This document shows, piece by piece, positions 24,854-40,049 of a DNA stretch of 64,000 bases. The stretch comes from Eledone cirrhosa (Eukaryota): NCBI GenBank assembly GCA_964016885.1, contig OZ024746.1, forward strand, positions 38,130,001 through 38,194,000. The letters run 5' to 3'. The notes beneath the pieces were generated by a model. The model searched no databases. It worked only from the letters and a program-made list of their open reading frames with translations, and was not told the origin of the DNA. Each line of letters starts with the position of its first letter. The stretch's first letter is position 1. The position numbers and the translations under genes were made by a program.

Positions 24854-27030
24854 TCAGTATTGTAAACCAATCTATATATGCAGGTACCCACATTCGCCCA
24901 GATATTGTTATGTTAATAATTTTATTGACATGCAGTCTTCCAAACAACTGCATTGTAAATCCTTGCATGTATTTTTATGTGTTTCAGTCTGTACTTTTCT
25001 TTCTTTTCATTTTCTTTTTCCCTCGGTGCCTTTGTCTATTATGATAGCTCACACCATATATGTTATGAATCTTATGAATTATATATGCAGTAACACATCT
25101 ACGTATGAATAGCATTGCGTAAAATCAATAGTTTGCGATATTCCCCTTATCTCACCATATAAAAACGCGTGCGTGCATTGACAATCACTTGTGCATATTT
25201 ATATATGTTTATGCACACACACATACGCATATATATATATAATGTGTGAGTATGTGTATGTGTGAATGTGTGTGTGTGTAAATGTGTGTATGGCTGTGTT
25301 TTGAGAGTGTTTGAGTGTGTATCTCTATGTAAATATACATTTATATGAATGTGTGCATGTGAATATCAACGATGTAACGGTTGAGTGAATACACAATAAC
25401 TGGTTGAAAAATCAGAAGTTCGTATCCCTTCAATGGCGCTTTGTTTTCTGTGTAATCTCCAAATCCACCTACGATAGTTACTTTCATGGAGTTCAGAGGA
25501 GATAAACTGAAACCGAAATTGTGATGGGATAAAAGATCAATTGGGAGAATTACTAGTTCAAGTGATTCTCATAGTTTGCTATGCGGAGTCAAAAATTATA
25601 CATGGTTCGATATTTGATGGCTTCTTAATTTTTATTAGTTTCCCCTCTACAACATCTCTTCCTACGAGAAAATATGAAATTTTACAAGAAAGCAGTACCG
25701 TCACCGCTATTAATTTGTAATATGGTTTACTAATATCGGTATGAAACATTCCAGTAACTGATCTTTCTTTGGACTTTCCTCAAATGTTCTAGCTTTCATG
25801 ATGCTATTTCCTTTGATATATTAGTTCTGCGAAGCTTCAACATCAATGAATTTTATAATATTTTGTGATAACTAATTCTGGCGTGACCTAATGCAAAACC
25901 GTAACATTTATGCCACCATTTAAACTGCTTGAAAGAACAGTCCAATCTTCCGCAAATCTTACCCTACTATCTTTCACATAGGATAATATAGTTACAGAAA
26001 TGGTCACGGCTGGAAAATGTATGTCCATAAATATATTCAATCGGAGCCAAAATGGAATTAAAAAAAGATAATACCTTTATTCAAGTAAAATTTAATACAT
26101 TGCTTTAGGAAACTTTGACATTATCTACAATATTATGATGGCAAAAATCTTCACCGTATTTAAAGCCACGATGAAACAGTGTGTCTGGAATAAAGTAGGA
26201 AACTATTATATCCTGACAGCAGATTCATATTAATTATTTCTGATTTTTATTATAGAGAAAATCGTACAAATTAATAGAATCTGTCTCATTGTATGGCACA
26301 ATTTAATTTTAGATTAATATCTTACAGTACATTAATGGACCCGTTAGTTCATTGAGTTCAGTCATTAATAAACCGCACCTTGCTATCCTGTAACATTTCA
26401 CATAATAAACATAATTTTATCTATTGAATTTCTTTATATAAGTAATGTTGTATAGTTAACCAAAAGCAAGTAAATGTTATATCGCCTCAATACCAGCTTG
26501 GTCGGTCTCTCCACACTATTTCATTAGAAGCAGGCAAGAAGCAAAACATACAATCCAACAAAACTTTGAATTAAACCAGATTAATGAAGACGACGGATTC
26601 TTATGTGATGAGATTATATCAACTAAATCAATGTGATAAACCAACATACGAGAGAAACATATACGGCTTTGATAGATTATTTCATTAGAATAACTTAGAT
26701 ATACGAATATTTGGAGAATTAGCTCTCAAGAAAGCTACATTGGAATTGATTTTGTGGTTTGGTATCGATACAAAACTGTTTCTACTTCAGTATCAGCGGC
26801 CCACAATTTATGGATTCTCTCTGTACTTCTATACAGTTCATTCCACGTGAATAACATAAACGGTTAGCTATGTTATCTAAAAACTCAAATAATTAAATGT
26901 ACAGAAACGTTGTAAAATCCATTTATATGACGGATGAAACATCCCTGCCACGTGTAGAATAACTAGCTACAAACCAAATACTTACACTTACTGATATTTG
27001 TGTCCGTTACCATTTAGAATTCAAAATCAA

Positions 27031-27093
27031 AATAATTGTTTCTACTTTTGGCACAAGGCCAGTAATTACCCAGTGCATTACTGGTACTTTATT
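27031..27093 (-). mobile_element. 5'-truncated copy of the main SINE
   Basis: aataattgtttctacttttggcacaaggccagtaattacccagtgcattactggtactttat. Confidence 0.8.
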
Positions 27094-27589
27094 GAAAGCA
27101 ACACTACATCATGAACTTAGAAGTTGAAAAAATCTAGTGGGCTAATTTTGTTTCAGAAACTCAAAGTGCATATGATAGGAAAATCTCAAGAGAATTCTAC
27201 AATAGTATAAATACTCCATGTTTCTGGGTATCTCAATAGATCTACCAGTTCTCTATATTTGATACTTATAAGGCTAAGATAAGGCTAACTTGCGAGAGAG
27301 CAGATGACAGGGAGAAGTAAAGAGCATTTCAGGTAGTCCCTACCTGGAGCCCTAAGCAGTGGCAACCATCAGATGCTGGCTGTTCATGAACAAAATGAAC
27401 AATTTGGGTTGTTTGTGTCCTCTGATGGTGACAGGACAGGTCTTTTAGGTATAGAACTGCTTTCACTACACAGGAAGGAGGCCGAAGAAAAGGATTTCTC
27501 AGCCATTTACCTTAACAGTCAACTGCAGCGCTATGGTTGTCAAAATATGCGGTTATAAAAAGAACAAAGCATCTAAATGTTGGCTCCTG

Positions 27590-29950
27590 GAACGTTAGAA
27601 CACCCCGTGACAGCAGTTCAAAGCAATGATAGGATGGCTGCACTGGATGGGCATGTCCCATGAGATGTTATACAGTTCGTTTTCAGCAACCATTTCTGGA
27701 TGGTTTTCATACCATTTATCACATTTGCTCATGTCATATATATATATATCTGGGCTTCCAACGGACCAATCTGGCAAGGTTGCCGTACCCTCTCTTATAA
27801 TTTTTCTGAACCAGCATCTTACATTCACTAATAATGTGGTTTATTGTTTTACTTTTCAAACCACACAACTGACTCGTCAATATTAAACTGGATATAATTA
27901 TTCCTCGCTGCAGGTTCCTAGGCTGCGACAATAAGGGTTTCAATTTCAAATTTTAAATCGCTTTTCCTAGTCAATTCCCAATTCTTCAATGGTTCAACTG
28001 TCTCAACCATTTCACGCAAGAATTGACCATACCTGTTTGCTTTCCACCTATACAAGGTGTCATTCTGTTTGTCTTGTTTAAATTATTAATTTCCTTTGAA
28101 TCATCGCCGCTTAGGACCTATACCTTTCTTACTGTTGACATCAATCTTTTTTTCGTATTCTTTACATAACCTGTCAAATTATTTCCCACGACTTCACGCA
28201 TATTTCACAGCTAATGAAATCTCTTCCTCATCAACGTCACATTTTGGGTTGTAGGCCCTTTTGTAATTTCATCATTGTCCTGCCTGTTCTATCAAGATCC
28301 TTGAGTTCACCACATCTCCTTTCTATTATGCCAGTACTATATCTTGGATTTGCAACAGCCCATGTGTTGATAGACATTATCTTATTGCTAATATTTAACT
28401 TTGTCTTTAATAACCAGTTTCAGTCTCCGTATATATTCCTTTGATAATAGTTCTTTCATTTCCTTCTCTTTCATTTGGTCTGGTGCCTAATACTTATAAT
28501 AGCTCTCATCAATTTCCTTTATGACTTGTCCGTCTGGTAATACAATTATTACCATATTATCAATTCTACCTTTCTTCAGTAGTAGCACAACACACTTTGG
28601 TATGCAAATTCCGTACTGAAGGCATTAACTGTCTGTACAGGGCAATCAATATGTTCATAGGATTTCCCATAAAGTTTTATATCACCCATAAACAGCAGGT
28701 GGTTTATTTTAAACATGTGTTCTCATCACTTGCAACAAACCTTTCAGCTTCTCAACACCAACGTAAGGGCAACCATACACAATACAAACAGCAAAGGCAA
28801 AAGACTGACACCATGAAATATTCCTCTCTTCATATTCACGAATCCCAATGTCTCTCTACATGAGGCCAGCTCAGTCTTCCAACTATTCATAGTGCTCGCA
28901 AGAAACTGTCTAATGTTGGCTGCAATACCAAAGATTTCTAAATATTCTACTATCTAACTATGTGTCACCATGGCATAAGCGTTGTAGTAATCGATCCAGG
29001 TTATAGCAAGGTGTGTGTATCTTCTCTTACACTCATTAAGGTTCGCCCTATCAGTCAACAATTGATAATTAGTTTCCCTGCTTCTTTCCTTACATCCCTT
29101 CTGCTACCTAGGTAGTGTCTCCTCCAGGTATTCATACATTGCCTTAGCAATGACATCTGTCATAAGCTTTCACATAAGGAGAAAACAAGAGATGGGTTTA
29201 ACATTGTCAACTGCATTTTCTTTGCTGGGATCCTTCAAACACAAGATCTTTCTCCAAACGGTACCATTATGGCAACATCTTATCTCCATTCAATATCTTA
29301 TTCAGTTGTTCAGCAATTCTCACATGAAGGGCCCTCAGCGTTGTCTATCTGAACCCTTGTACACCGTCTCTACCGGGAGTTTCCCAATTTATGGTATTTC
29401 GCTTTTTATGTGTGTCAGCAACTCCACACTTGTATTGTGCTCTTTTCCTACACTCCAGATAGCACATCAAACCTTCATATTTCATCCGTATCAGGGATTA
29501 CATCATTATTTGTAATCATGTCATTTATCTCCTGATAGAATCTCATCTAATTTTGTGGGTAACATACATTGTGTTCATACTGCATGATCCGTTGTTCATA
29601 CCTCTTAATCTTTGCAGCTGCGGAAAGTACATTTTTCTTTCAGCTCTTCATTTCTCCTGATATAGTACTTCCTGTAAATTGATCAATGTTTCCCCTTTTT
29701 TTAAAGTCACAAAGTTCTCCCTTTCCAGCATTTTCATGTCTCCTTCAAATCTCCTTCTCCAATTAGTAATGTAGATATTTGCAGGGCTGATAATATTGTT
29801 GGTTTCTGTTACGTTTCTAATTGGCAACTTGTCAAGGATGCCTTTTACTTTCTTAGTTATTTAATTTAGACGATGCTGGTTTGCTTTAAAAAAACATTGC
29901 AGTACTACCCCCTGAGTTAGAGATCTCCAATATATCATCAATCATCCGTC
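27590..29950 (-). mobile_element. Degraded R4/Dong-like (RLE-type) non-LTR retrotransposon
   Basis: Minus strand reads [32 protein letters not shown] (W.DY.KAYD.VPH.W), IVLPDGQVIKEIDESYYKY, and KWYENHPEMVAENELYNISWDMPIQ, the pre-RLE motif typical of R4/Dong elements. Confidence 0.8.
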
Positions 29951-30007
29951 TGTCTTTTTCTCATATGCCCTTCAGTTCATTAATTACTAGTGTTATTATT
30001 ATTATGA

Positions 30008-30205
30008 TGGGATAGCAGATTCTTTGGAGTGCCGGACAAAATGCATTTTTGGCATAAAGTTACGGCCATTTTTGTTCCGAGTTCAAATCCCGAAGTAGTT
30101 ATATTTGCCTTTCATCTTTACGGGGTCGATAAGATAACATGCCAGTAATACACTGGGGTCGATTTAATCGAAAATTGTTGGCCTTGTGTCTAATCAGAAC
30201 CTGTT
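30008..30205 (+). mobile_element. Diverged tRNA-derived SINE (longer variant)
   Basis: gagttcaaatccc..tttgcctttcatctttacggggtcgataag..ggccttgtgtc. Confidence 0.8.
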
Positions 30206-31212
30206 ATCTCAAATGTTCGCTTGTTCTTCAGTTCATTTAAATATTATTTCAATATTTATTTAGTGAATCTTTCATCTTCCTTTACTGAAATTAATTCCGT
30301 GTGGATCTCATCGACTTGAAAACTTGATCTGCATAGAATAAAAACTTACTTCAAATATTTCTCAGTTTTATAAAAAAAAAGTTAATCATTCATACACAGA
30401 AAATAAAACAAAGCAATACAAAAAATAAAATGTTGAACGAAGGATCTTCGAGTTAATTGAAAAATATCAACAGTAAAAACTACCAATTATATTTGTATCA
30501 AACGAAATGAAATAATGTCTGCCAAGTGATTTCCTGTTTTTCATAAATGTTATTCCTCCTTTAGGCAACACAAATAAAGCATCATGGGACGACCATTTGG
30601 CTTCCGTAACCTGTGATCTTTTAGTGAGAAAGCAGACACTCTTTTCAAATGTTGCTTCTGTAGACCACCATTTTGAAAACAACTTTTCTTTTCTATTCAC
30701 AATGCGATTTGCTCGCATTTGCTTGGATTTCGTGTTGCTTCATCTTCAAAGCTATTTCCACTTCTAATGATGCGTTTAACACTTTTCTTCATTGTTGCAA
30801 TTATTGTTCACCCGTTGTCATTGTCGTTGTTGTTATTCTTGTTGTTCTTGTACTTGTTATTTTTGTTATTATTGTTATTATAATACTTGAGATTTGAGTT
30901 AATGTTAATTTCGCTCATGTTGTCAATGATATTAATACGGAAGTACTGTTCATTTTCTTCTTTTCCTTCTATTTCTTCCTTTTTTAAATTTTCCTTCTGC
31001 TCCATCTTGTTTATAATAGGCAACACGGATTGTATTCGTGCGTCTGTTGTTGTTATTGCAGCTATAAACGTTCAAGATATACTTCAATGTGTTGTTACTA
31101 GTGTTTCATTTTCATTTTAGTTTATTTTTGTACTTGTTGATATTTATGTACATGAAGGCTATGACAATAGATATCATGATACAACATGAAGTAGACTGCT
31201 GTAAACGGTATC

Positions 31213-31213
<1 letters not shown>

Positions 31214-31273
<60 letters not shown>

Positions 31274-31281
31274 GACGAAGA

Positions 31282-31321
<40 letters not shown>

Positions 31322-31453
31322 ATAGTAGTAGTAGTAGTAGCTGTTGTTGTTGTTGTGGTGGTGGTGGTGGTTGTTGTAGTAGTAGTAGTAGTAGTGGTGG
31401 TTGTAGTAGTAGTTGTAGTAATAGTACTACTAGTCGTAGTAGTAATGGTGGTG

Positions 31454-31528
<75 letters not shown>

Positions 31529-31810
31529 CCTACATTATTATTATTAGTTCAATTAATATTATCAAAATAATTCATTACTGTGAATATGAAGGCGGTAGCA
31601 GGGATGTTGAATAATGTGATAATGGGGATGATGCTGATTGTGGTTGTGGTTGTGTTGATGTTGGTGGTATTGGGGGGGGGGGTGTTGCCGGTAGTGGTGT
31701 TGGAGGTTGAATTGGTAGTTGTGTAGGTTGGGGTGGTAATGGTGTCGGTGGTTTGAGGGTGGTGAATTCGGTGAGGGGATAATGGTGATGGTGGTGCTGG
31801 TGATGATGAT
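31214..31810. repeat. Compound trinucleotide region: (TAT)n, (GTA)n, (GTG/GTT)n
   Basis: Direct inspection. Confidence 0.9.
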
Positions 31811-32225
31811 GAAGAGCATGCGAAGGAGTGAATTAGTGATGATATAGTTTTAGTTGTTAGTGTTGTTGAAGCTTTCTCGCGCTATCATCCATTCTTCTTT
31901 GGTTTCCATATTCTTTCTTGATGAGATCTGTTTACTGCATTCGTCACGAGCCAATTTTCCTGTACAACCATTCCCACTTACACATATGAAGTAAAATCTG
32001 TAGACATATTGAAATATGTCTTAAGACGCGTGTGCAATGACTCACGGAATCGTACACGCACACATTGAGATACATACTGCCACACACAAATATACTCACC
32101 AATGCGAATATATATATATATATACGATGTCAAATACATGAATACATACGCGCAAAACCATACACATATCATTATATTCTGTATGTATCTTTACGAACAT
32201 CAATATATAGATGCGCACTATAATA

Positions 32226-32413
32226 TAATTGTTTCTACTTTAGGCACAAGGCCAGCAAATACCCAGTACATTACTGGTACTTTATTTTATCGACCCCGTA
32301 AGGATGAAAGGCAAAGTTAACCTCGGCGGGATTTGAACTCAGAATAGCAAGGGCCGTAACTCTATGCGTCAAAGCATGGCGTCCGACCCTCTACCGATAC
32401 TGCCAATTCACCA
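32226..32413 (-). mobile_element. tRNA-derived SINE (main family)
   Basis: Near-consensus copy; cac(t/c)ataatata occurs on both sides. Confidence 0.92.
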
Positions 32414-32429
32414 TAATATATATACACAA

Positions 32430-32823
<394 letters not shown>

Positions 32824-34389
32824 ATGTACATAAACTCTCTGAAACTTACAAAAACACACATAAACACATCATTTTCTGAAGAAACACAATTAGTGGGAAT
32901 GGTCAGACCGAATAACAGAAGGATTATGGTGGAAGTTGATTTTATACACCTATGATAAGTGAAAAGAAGATAATAAGAGCTGTAGTGAATGTGTTAGAAG
33001 CTGAAAAATATATTAGACAGCTACGATGCCGTGGGAGAACGGATGGTTAAATGAGGTGTGGATACAGGTGAATGCATTGTGTGTAATACTAGAAATAGTG
33101 TGTGAGTGAGAGTTAGATTGATAGATAGATAATTTAACATAGAGAAAAATACTGAGAAATTCTGGGAGAGAGCGAGAATGTAAGAGAATGAGGAGATGAA
33201 TAGATATTGAAGTAAACATTATATTGTCGTATACCGCTAACTGACGAGGTATACGTAAGATTCCAATCTCTGGTGTTTCATGGAACTATAGAGGAAGTGG
33301 AAACTGACGTTGGTTAGAGAGTAAAAATAAAACATCAGTTCCTCTGACGTAACGGTGTTCTAAAACTAGCTTATTGTTGTTATTTTCTATTTTGTATGAT
33401 ATTTTCATGTTTCTTTTGTAGCCTAGTAAAGTGAGATATTACAAACTCTCCATCATATGAACTGTAATTATATTCTAGGGAGGTAACGAGGAATATTGTG
33501 TAATGGGAACAGGATAGTATCAGACTGAGAATTCAGTGTTCAATTTTCACTTCTGACCACCATCTAACATGAACATTTAATACTTATATATGCGGGTGGC
33601 TATGATATTATTTGAATTGCTTTCTCACTGAAGACAGTCAGGTGTTTTTAACTTCTTTATATTCTCAGTAATAAAGTCCATTATTTGCTCCAGAAAGGCT
33701 AGATTCTAATGTGTAAATTAGGCCTCGCAATATTGGGGGGAAGCTATAAGAGATCTAATACAGGTGAGAATTGTATACAACTATGGTGTATCTATAATAT
33801 TAATGCATTCTTATTCATGCCGATTAAGTGATTATAATTGTAAATGGTTAGTCAATATGCCTAACAACATTTACTTTGATCTTTTTGCATTACGACTTCA
33901 AACCACATTGGAGTTCATCGATTTAACATCAGTTTCCTCGAGGTTCACTAACATAAAACCAATCGAATATAGTTCTTCTCAAAGAAACTTATAGCTTTGA
34001 GTGATAGAAATCCATTAATATTTTAATCACTCAAATGATACGAGTTAGAAGAATGTGTAATGCATAAAACATACCTTGTGGTATTTGTTGAAATCTCACT
34101 CTTATAAATTTTGCTTCTGACTATTCTACGATGGAAAATATACAGTAACATACCATCGAATTTCACGTGATGAAATATTGATTACGATTCAAAGCACTAA
34201 TTGTCCGGCCATGTGAAGATTTTGTCACACATTTCTAACAGATGGATTATGTAATTTTACAATACACGTACTAGTGTGAGTAACATATTAAACCAGTTGC
34301 TCTAAGATTCAATCAATAGGATTTTCTCTCACACACAGGCACACACACTCATCACCACCCCACTAGCACCACACACGCACACACACAGA

Positions 34390-34690
34390 GCTAATGAAGG
34401 TATCTTCAGAAATTACGCTCCCTACTACAACGAGGCCCTAACCTGAAGCAGTTTTAGGGACAAGAACACCTACATAGAGAGTACATCAATACTACCTAAC
34501 AGAAATAAACACAAGCGAATTAGCTAGGACAACTCCAACCCTTCCAACTCTCAACAAGGTGGTGCCTACAACACTAGATAGTCTCTCCTTGAAACTATTA
34601 AACAAACTTTTCCCCACACAAAACACTTAGTACACTATCTTTAACGGGAACAGTATTAGACTCTTTTTATTCTACGACACCAACCAGGCC
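34390..34690 (+). mobile_element. Second Naiad-like PLE fragment (RT-EN linker)
   Basis: NEGIFRNYAPYYNEALT*SSFRDK..LKLLNKLFPTQNT*YTIFNGNSIRL aligns with NERIFNDHSTYYNEALARSGFVDK..FLSRITKHFPPTHKYSKIFYRNTIKM at about 820-1070. Confidence 0.75.
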
Positions 34691-35176
34691 TAACTCGGAA
34701 TATATCCAACCTTAATATTCATAAATTGAATAGGTGTACAAATTCAGAAACTCAGGTCCGGAATGGGTCTCTCTGCAACTGCCCAAACAAGGATACTTGT
34801 TCATTATACCACTTGTATATATATATATATACACAGGCATTTCTATGGTGAGCTATATTTATACGTGTACTTGTATACGCTTGTGTGTACGTATTACAAC
34901 ATGGTTAGTATCGAAATTCTATTTCTATCAGAATCAGTGTTGTTATAATAGGGATAATTAACAATATTATTGTAATTACAATCCTGCTATTATGGTTGAT
35001 ATTTTCCGGATGAGTATCAAACCAGGAATGATACGAATGGAATGATAGTTGATGATGATTATTACTAAATAAACAATGTTAAATACCTTACCATGACTGT
35101 TTCTAAATCATTTATTAAAATTGTATTATTGATTATCTAACTAATGTTGACTATGGCAGAACGTTAATTTCGGTAC

Positions 35177-35370
35177 AATAATTGTTTCTAGTTTTGGTGC
35201 AAGGCCAGCAATTATCCCACTACATTGTTGGTGCTTTATTTTATGGACCCCGTAAGAATGAAAGACAAAGTCAATTTTGGCGGGATTTGAATTCAGATCT
35301 TAAAGGGCCATAACTCTATGCTGCAAAGCATGGTGTCTGATACGCTGCTGATGCTGCCAATCCACTGTCA
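35177..35370 (-). mobile_element. tRNA-derived SINE (main family) with TSD
   Basis: Consensus match flanked by aattt(c/t)ggtacaataat. Confidence 0.88.
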
Positions 35371-35750
35371 AATTTTGGTACAATAATGGGAAATTTTTAG
35401 GCCATTAAGAAACATTATGTAAACTGCACATATGAATGTGATAAAGCTTTGGCCTGGAAATATAGTTAACAATGACTCACATCTCCCATTCCTGACCAGC
35501 TCAAATGATCGGCATATCTATCTTTATTATCTATCTGATTTACAGATGAATGTTGATAATAAGTCTGCCATGGCCTTACATATCAAAGATGAGAAATGAT
35601 GATGATATTATATTCAGATACGGTATTGTCTTTGAGCTGAGACTAATCATTTATCTTCGATGTGCAATTTCACAAGAAAATATGATACGAAACAAAATTT
35701 GAATTATTATAAAATATAAAGGTTATGCAAAATGAAACGACGTACAAAAT

Positions 35751-36115
35751 TATCTTACCTCAATAACATAACATTGTCCTACTTCATTACTCTAAAATTA
35801 TCTGACCTCATTAACATATTTTCCTACATCATTAACATAACATTGTCCTACCTCATTAACATAAAATTGTCCTACATCATTAACATAAAATGATCTTGCC
35901 TCATTAACATAATATTGTCCAACCTCATTAACACAAAATTATCTTACCTCATTGACATAATATTTTTCTACCTCATTAACATAACATTGTCCTTACTCAC
36001 TAACATAAAATTGTCCTACCTCATTAACATAAAATTATCTTACCTCATTAACATAATATTGTCCAACAACAGTAACATAATATTGGACTACCTCATTAAC
36101 ATAATATTGTCAAAC
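35751..36115. repeat. 24-bp minisatellite, about 15 copies (ctcattaacataaaattgtcctac)
   Basis: The repeating unit is directly visible; it produces the LINIKLSY repeat ORF. Confidence 0.92.
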
Positions 36116-36197
36116 GTACAAAACACAAAATCGTAAAATGCATCATTAACTTAAATTAATGCAAAGTTTGAGAAGTAATATCCTTATATATATATAT

Positions 36198-36244
36198 GAA
36201 CCAGTAAGACCCCGACAGCTGAGCTCAAGCCGTTTCGACGGCTA
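36198..36244 (-). mobile_element. Family A fragment
   Basis: gaccccgacagctgagctcaagccgtttcgacggcta between (TA)n and (TG)n. Confidence 0.75.
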
Positions 36245-38114
36245 TGTGTGTGTCTGTGTGTGTGTGCGTGTGTGTGTGTGTGCGCGTGTGTGTATATATG
36301 TGTGTGTGCATGTGTGTGTATGTGTGTGTATGCGCTTTTGTGTTCTGTTAGTGTACATGTGCCATTGTGTTATGAGTTGGAACTTGAAAGACAAATTCCG
36401 GGAAAAAAGTAAATAATTGGTTTCAAGGGGAATCATTTGAAAGAAATATATGCATATCAATTTCTAGCTAGTTATACAAGATATCATACAGTACTTGTTG
36501 TATGAATTTAATAATGCACTATACAACTAGTATAAGAGCAGGATATGCGTATTTATTTAAAATACTTAACACACTTCAGCGCAAGACCTTCTTCAAAGTA
36601 TCGAAATAATAAAACAAAGCATAACCAGCCATGATTTTACTCCAATCAATGTGACTGTAATAAAATGAAAGTCCTTCAAACGTATGGATATGATTATATA
36701 GTAGAAATGATCTTCGGTGATTCACCATATTCAAGAATTCAAAGAAAATATGCTTGATTGGCGAGAAATATAAATAACACTACCATTTTGATCGAGGTAA
36801 TTTGATAATATAGTCAGCACATAACCCTATAATGTTGGATGGAACGTAAGGGACAACCACGGATGGAATGATGTTGATCATATACTTTGTTGGTGAGAAT
36901 CGATAGCTACATCAACAACGGCTAGTTCCTTTATCAATGAGAATTATGAAGCTGCATTGCACATAGTTGAGTGAAGAAACGGGCACATCATTTTTGTGAT
37001 GCAGGTTTGATTTTCGATTCAGAACTTATTTTTGCTGTGTATTTGCTTGCTGTATATATTGCCTCATAGTTCCGGCATTTGGTAACTTTCCCTCCCACTG
37101 TTTGTATATTATATGACAGAACAATGGGTATCATGAAAAGAAATCTACTAAATTATTAGATCCTATCAGCTTTCAATATTTCTACAACTCTACCGCTATT
37201 ATTAAATGTTTCAGTTTAAGTTAATAGCACATTATTTGCCCGTGCATGCATAAACGAGGATACGTGTTGATATAACATTCCAGTTAATTTTTTTAAGCGT
37301 TATTTCTTCTGTTGTTCAAAGATTTAAAACTCGTTGCTTTCATTCTATCTTCGTCGTCATAATGCTTCATTGAATAATTATATCTTGAAAGAACGCAGGT
37401 GATTCACCGAAGACATCATCATGTTCAATAATTAGTGATTATCTCTTTCAATTAGCTGTAGATGCCTGTAATATTTTTTTACTCTATTGTTTTCAAACGA
37501 ACATTCAGAGCAGTATTAATATTTCAAGGCAAACTTCATGAGAAGGAGTAGGTGATGTTGATAATAGAGCTAGAGATTAGAATTATGTTTAGTTCATCAG
37601 TTCATACGATGGGAGTCAGCTCCTCTAATAGCAGCATAAAAAGGTGAAATGGATATAAATAGACAACGGTTTATATTGAAATTTGGAGATACGAAGGAGG
37701 GAAACGGAAAATGGATTTCTATACTTTCTTGATAACTTTACATAATACGGTAATAGAGGCATTTCAATATTATATGGTTGAAGTATTTCAATTTCTTATA
37801 CTACGTTTTCATAAAGAAATGTTTATCAGGCTATATATTTAACTGTATCTTGAAACTGATCCATACGCCTGACAACTAGGTCCCAATGGTGATCTCTCTT
37901 GCAGTCCGGTATGGTATGGTATACCATACTATGCATACTATCTTGAAATTTACCCAAGCTCCTTTCGACGAGGTGCCAAATCGCTCTTGGAATCTGGGAA
38001 AATGGGTAAAATTGGCCGTTGAAATATTAGCTGCCGCTTTTGTTCCGTATATGAATACGGATAAAAAATAATAATAATAATAATATATATATATAAATAT
38101 ATATATAGAATAGA

Positions 38115-38387
38115 ATGAAACGAAATTTCATTTCTCACTCTTAGTACGGCACTTACTTAAATGTAAGTATGTATGTATGTATACGTACATACATATATGT
38201 ATACAGACGTACAGAAGTATGTATATATATACATACATGCACACATATATATATGCACGTATCGGTTTACCGAACATTTATTATAATGCTCGGTTTGTTT
38301 GTTTGTAAACAAACAAACAGCCCGAATTACGCCATACAGTGTTTAGGCAACCACGTCATATTTTTGTTCAACACTGACACAGGAACG

Positions 38388-38388
<1 letters not shown>
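38115..38388 (-). mobile_element. Family N copy beginning just after the HHR cleavage site
   Basis: The reverse complement matches 21746-22060 and is flanked by TA runs. Confidence 0.8.
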
Positions 38389-38424
<36 letters not shown>

Positions 38425-38689
38425 CGTAACGAAGAAAATATTTGTTCTCTGTTTTTCTGTACAGACTTGACAGATTTTCAGTAATGGTTGAGTATGCTAG
38501 ACAGTGTTGTTTCAAGATTCTTTAATCGTAGACTTTCAAATATAGAAAAATGTGTTTTTATTTGCGGATAAATATTTGTTTTGATAGGTGGGCTTCCATA
38601 AATTGATTGTATACAGACAGAGAAGTATATACACTCGTATACATCCATATTATACTTTAATGCTCTCTTAGTGCTACTTCTAATATATA

Positions 38690-38761
<72 letters not shown>

Positions 38762-39788
38762 GTATGTATATATATACATCTGTATGTATAAGTGTGTGCA
38801 TAAGTTTGTGTATTCATATGTGCGTGTATATATATTCTGTATTCAATTTCACTTTAACTAATGAATGGTTAAATATATACATTCCACTAAGTGGTTAATT
38901 TGTCTTACTGCTGAAATATTTGCTATTTTTCTTGTCATTGATATTCATCGTTAGTAGATGCTAGTTGGTTCTGGTAGCATTGAAGTTTTCCTTGCTAATT
39001 ATTCGCAATGATTGCATCGACATTGCAGTATAATCCCCACCGATAATCAAGTTGTTGTATATATAAAATGTCATTATAATCATGTGATTTTTGTTCAAGT
39101 TTGTTTTGTTTGTTTTCCTTTGATGTTAATCTTTTCTTTATTTTTCTCTACAATGCGTTATGTTATTCTGTGATTTCTTGTTTCACTTTTCGTTGCAATC
39201 GACAACTAACTAACTCTTTATTTTAATTTCGTTTCTGTTTGATCGTTTTCATCCGAGGAGATTTCGTATCAAATAAAAAGAAGAAACATAACAATTTCAG
39301 TGGTTTTAACTATATAAGTGTTTGATGTCGAAACATTTAAATCAAATATCATTCAAAGACCGACCCTTCGAGAAAATGTTTCTTTTTTTTCTATAAAAAA
39401 GTGCGGTGAAACGGAATAGACGGGTTTCTATATACATTGAGTTTACCATAAACGAACGCTTTAGTATTTTATTTCTAATTTTCAACAAGAAAAGGCTAGA
39501 ATTCCGAGACTACGCCTCCAATTCATATGATGATTTCAAATATTTTCAAATATTCAAATTTACTGAAGAAAGTACAACCACAGACATTTAATCACTCATG
39601 AAATACGGTCTCAACACAATGCCAAATTAAAATTTACACATTGTCTCTATTTTACCCAAATATTATACGTGAGTAAAATATCCGAGTTTGTTTCAATCAT
39701 TTTTTTATAAGTATACGATCTATTTATTCGAGTTGTTTATGTGAAATTAAGAATATCCTATATTTGTATGTACATATGTATGCAACAG

Positions 39789-39855
<67 letters not shown>

Positions 39856-40049
39856 AAGATATATAAATTACAAATAAACAGACGTTACAGCAGTGATAAA
39901 GTTAAGCTCATCTATCGGTGCCTCAATATCACTCCACATATTTCCTATCACAAGCCGAAGCCTATATTTAGACATCCATCGCACCACCAACTTCGTACTA
40001 CAGAAAATGTGTAGTCTGCCCGCTGAGAGAACAGTGTTTTCTTAAAGCA

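Noticed and set aside
30467-31960. Possible host exon(s) on the minus strand (N/E/K-rich and H/Q/P-rich ORFs)
   Set aside because: The sequence is low-complexity, interrupted by stops in the frames I read, and has no recognisable domain. It could be UTR, but I cannot support that.
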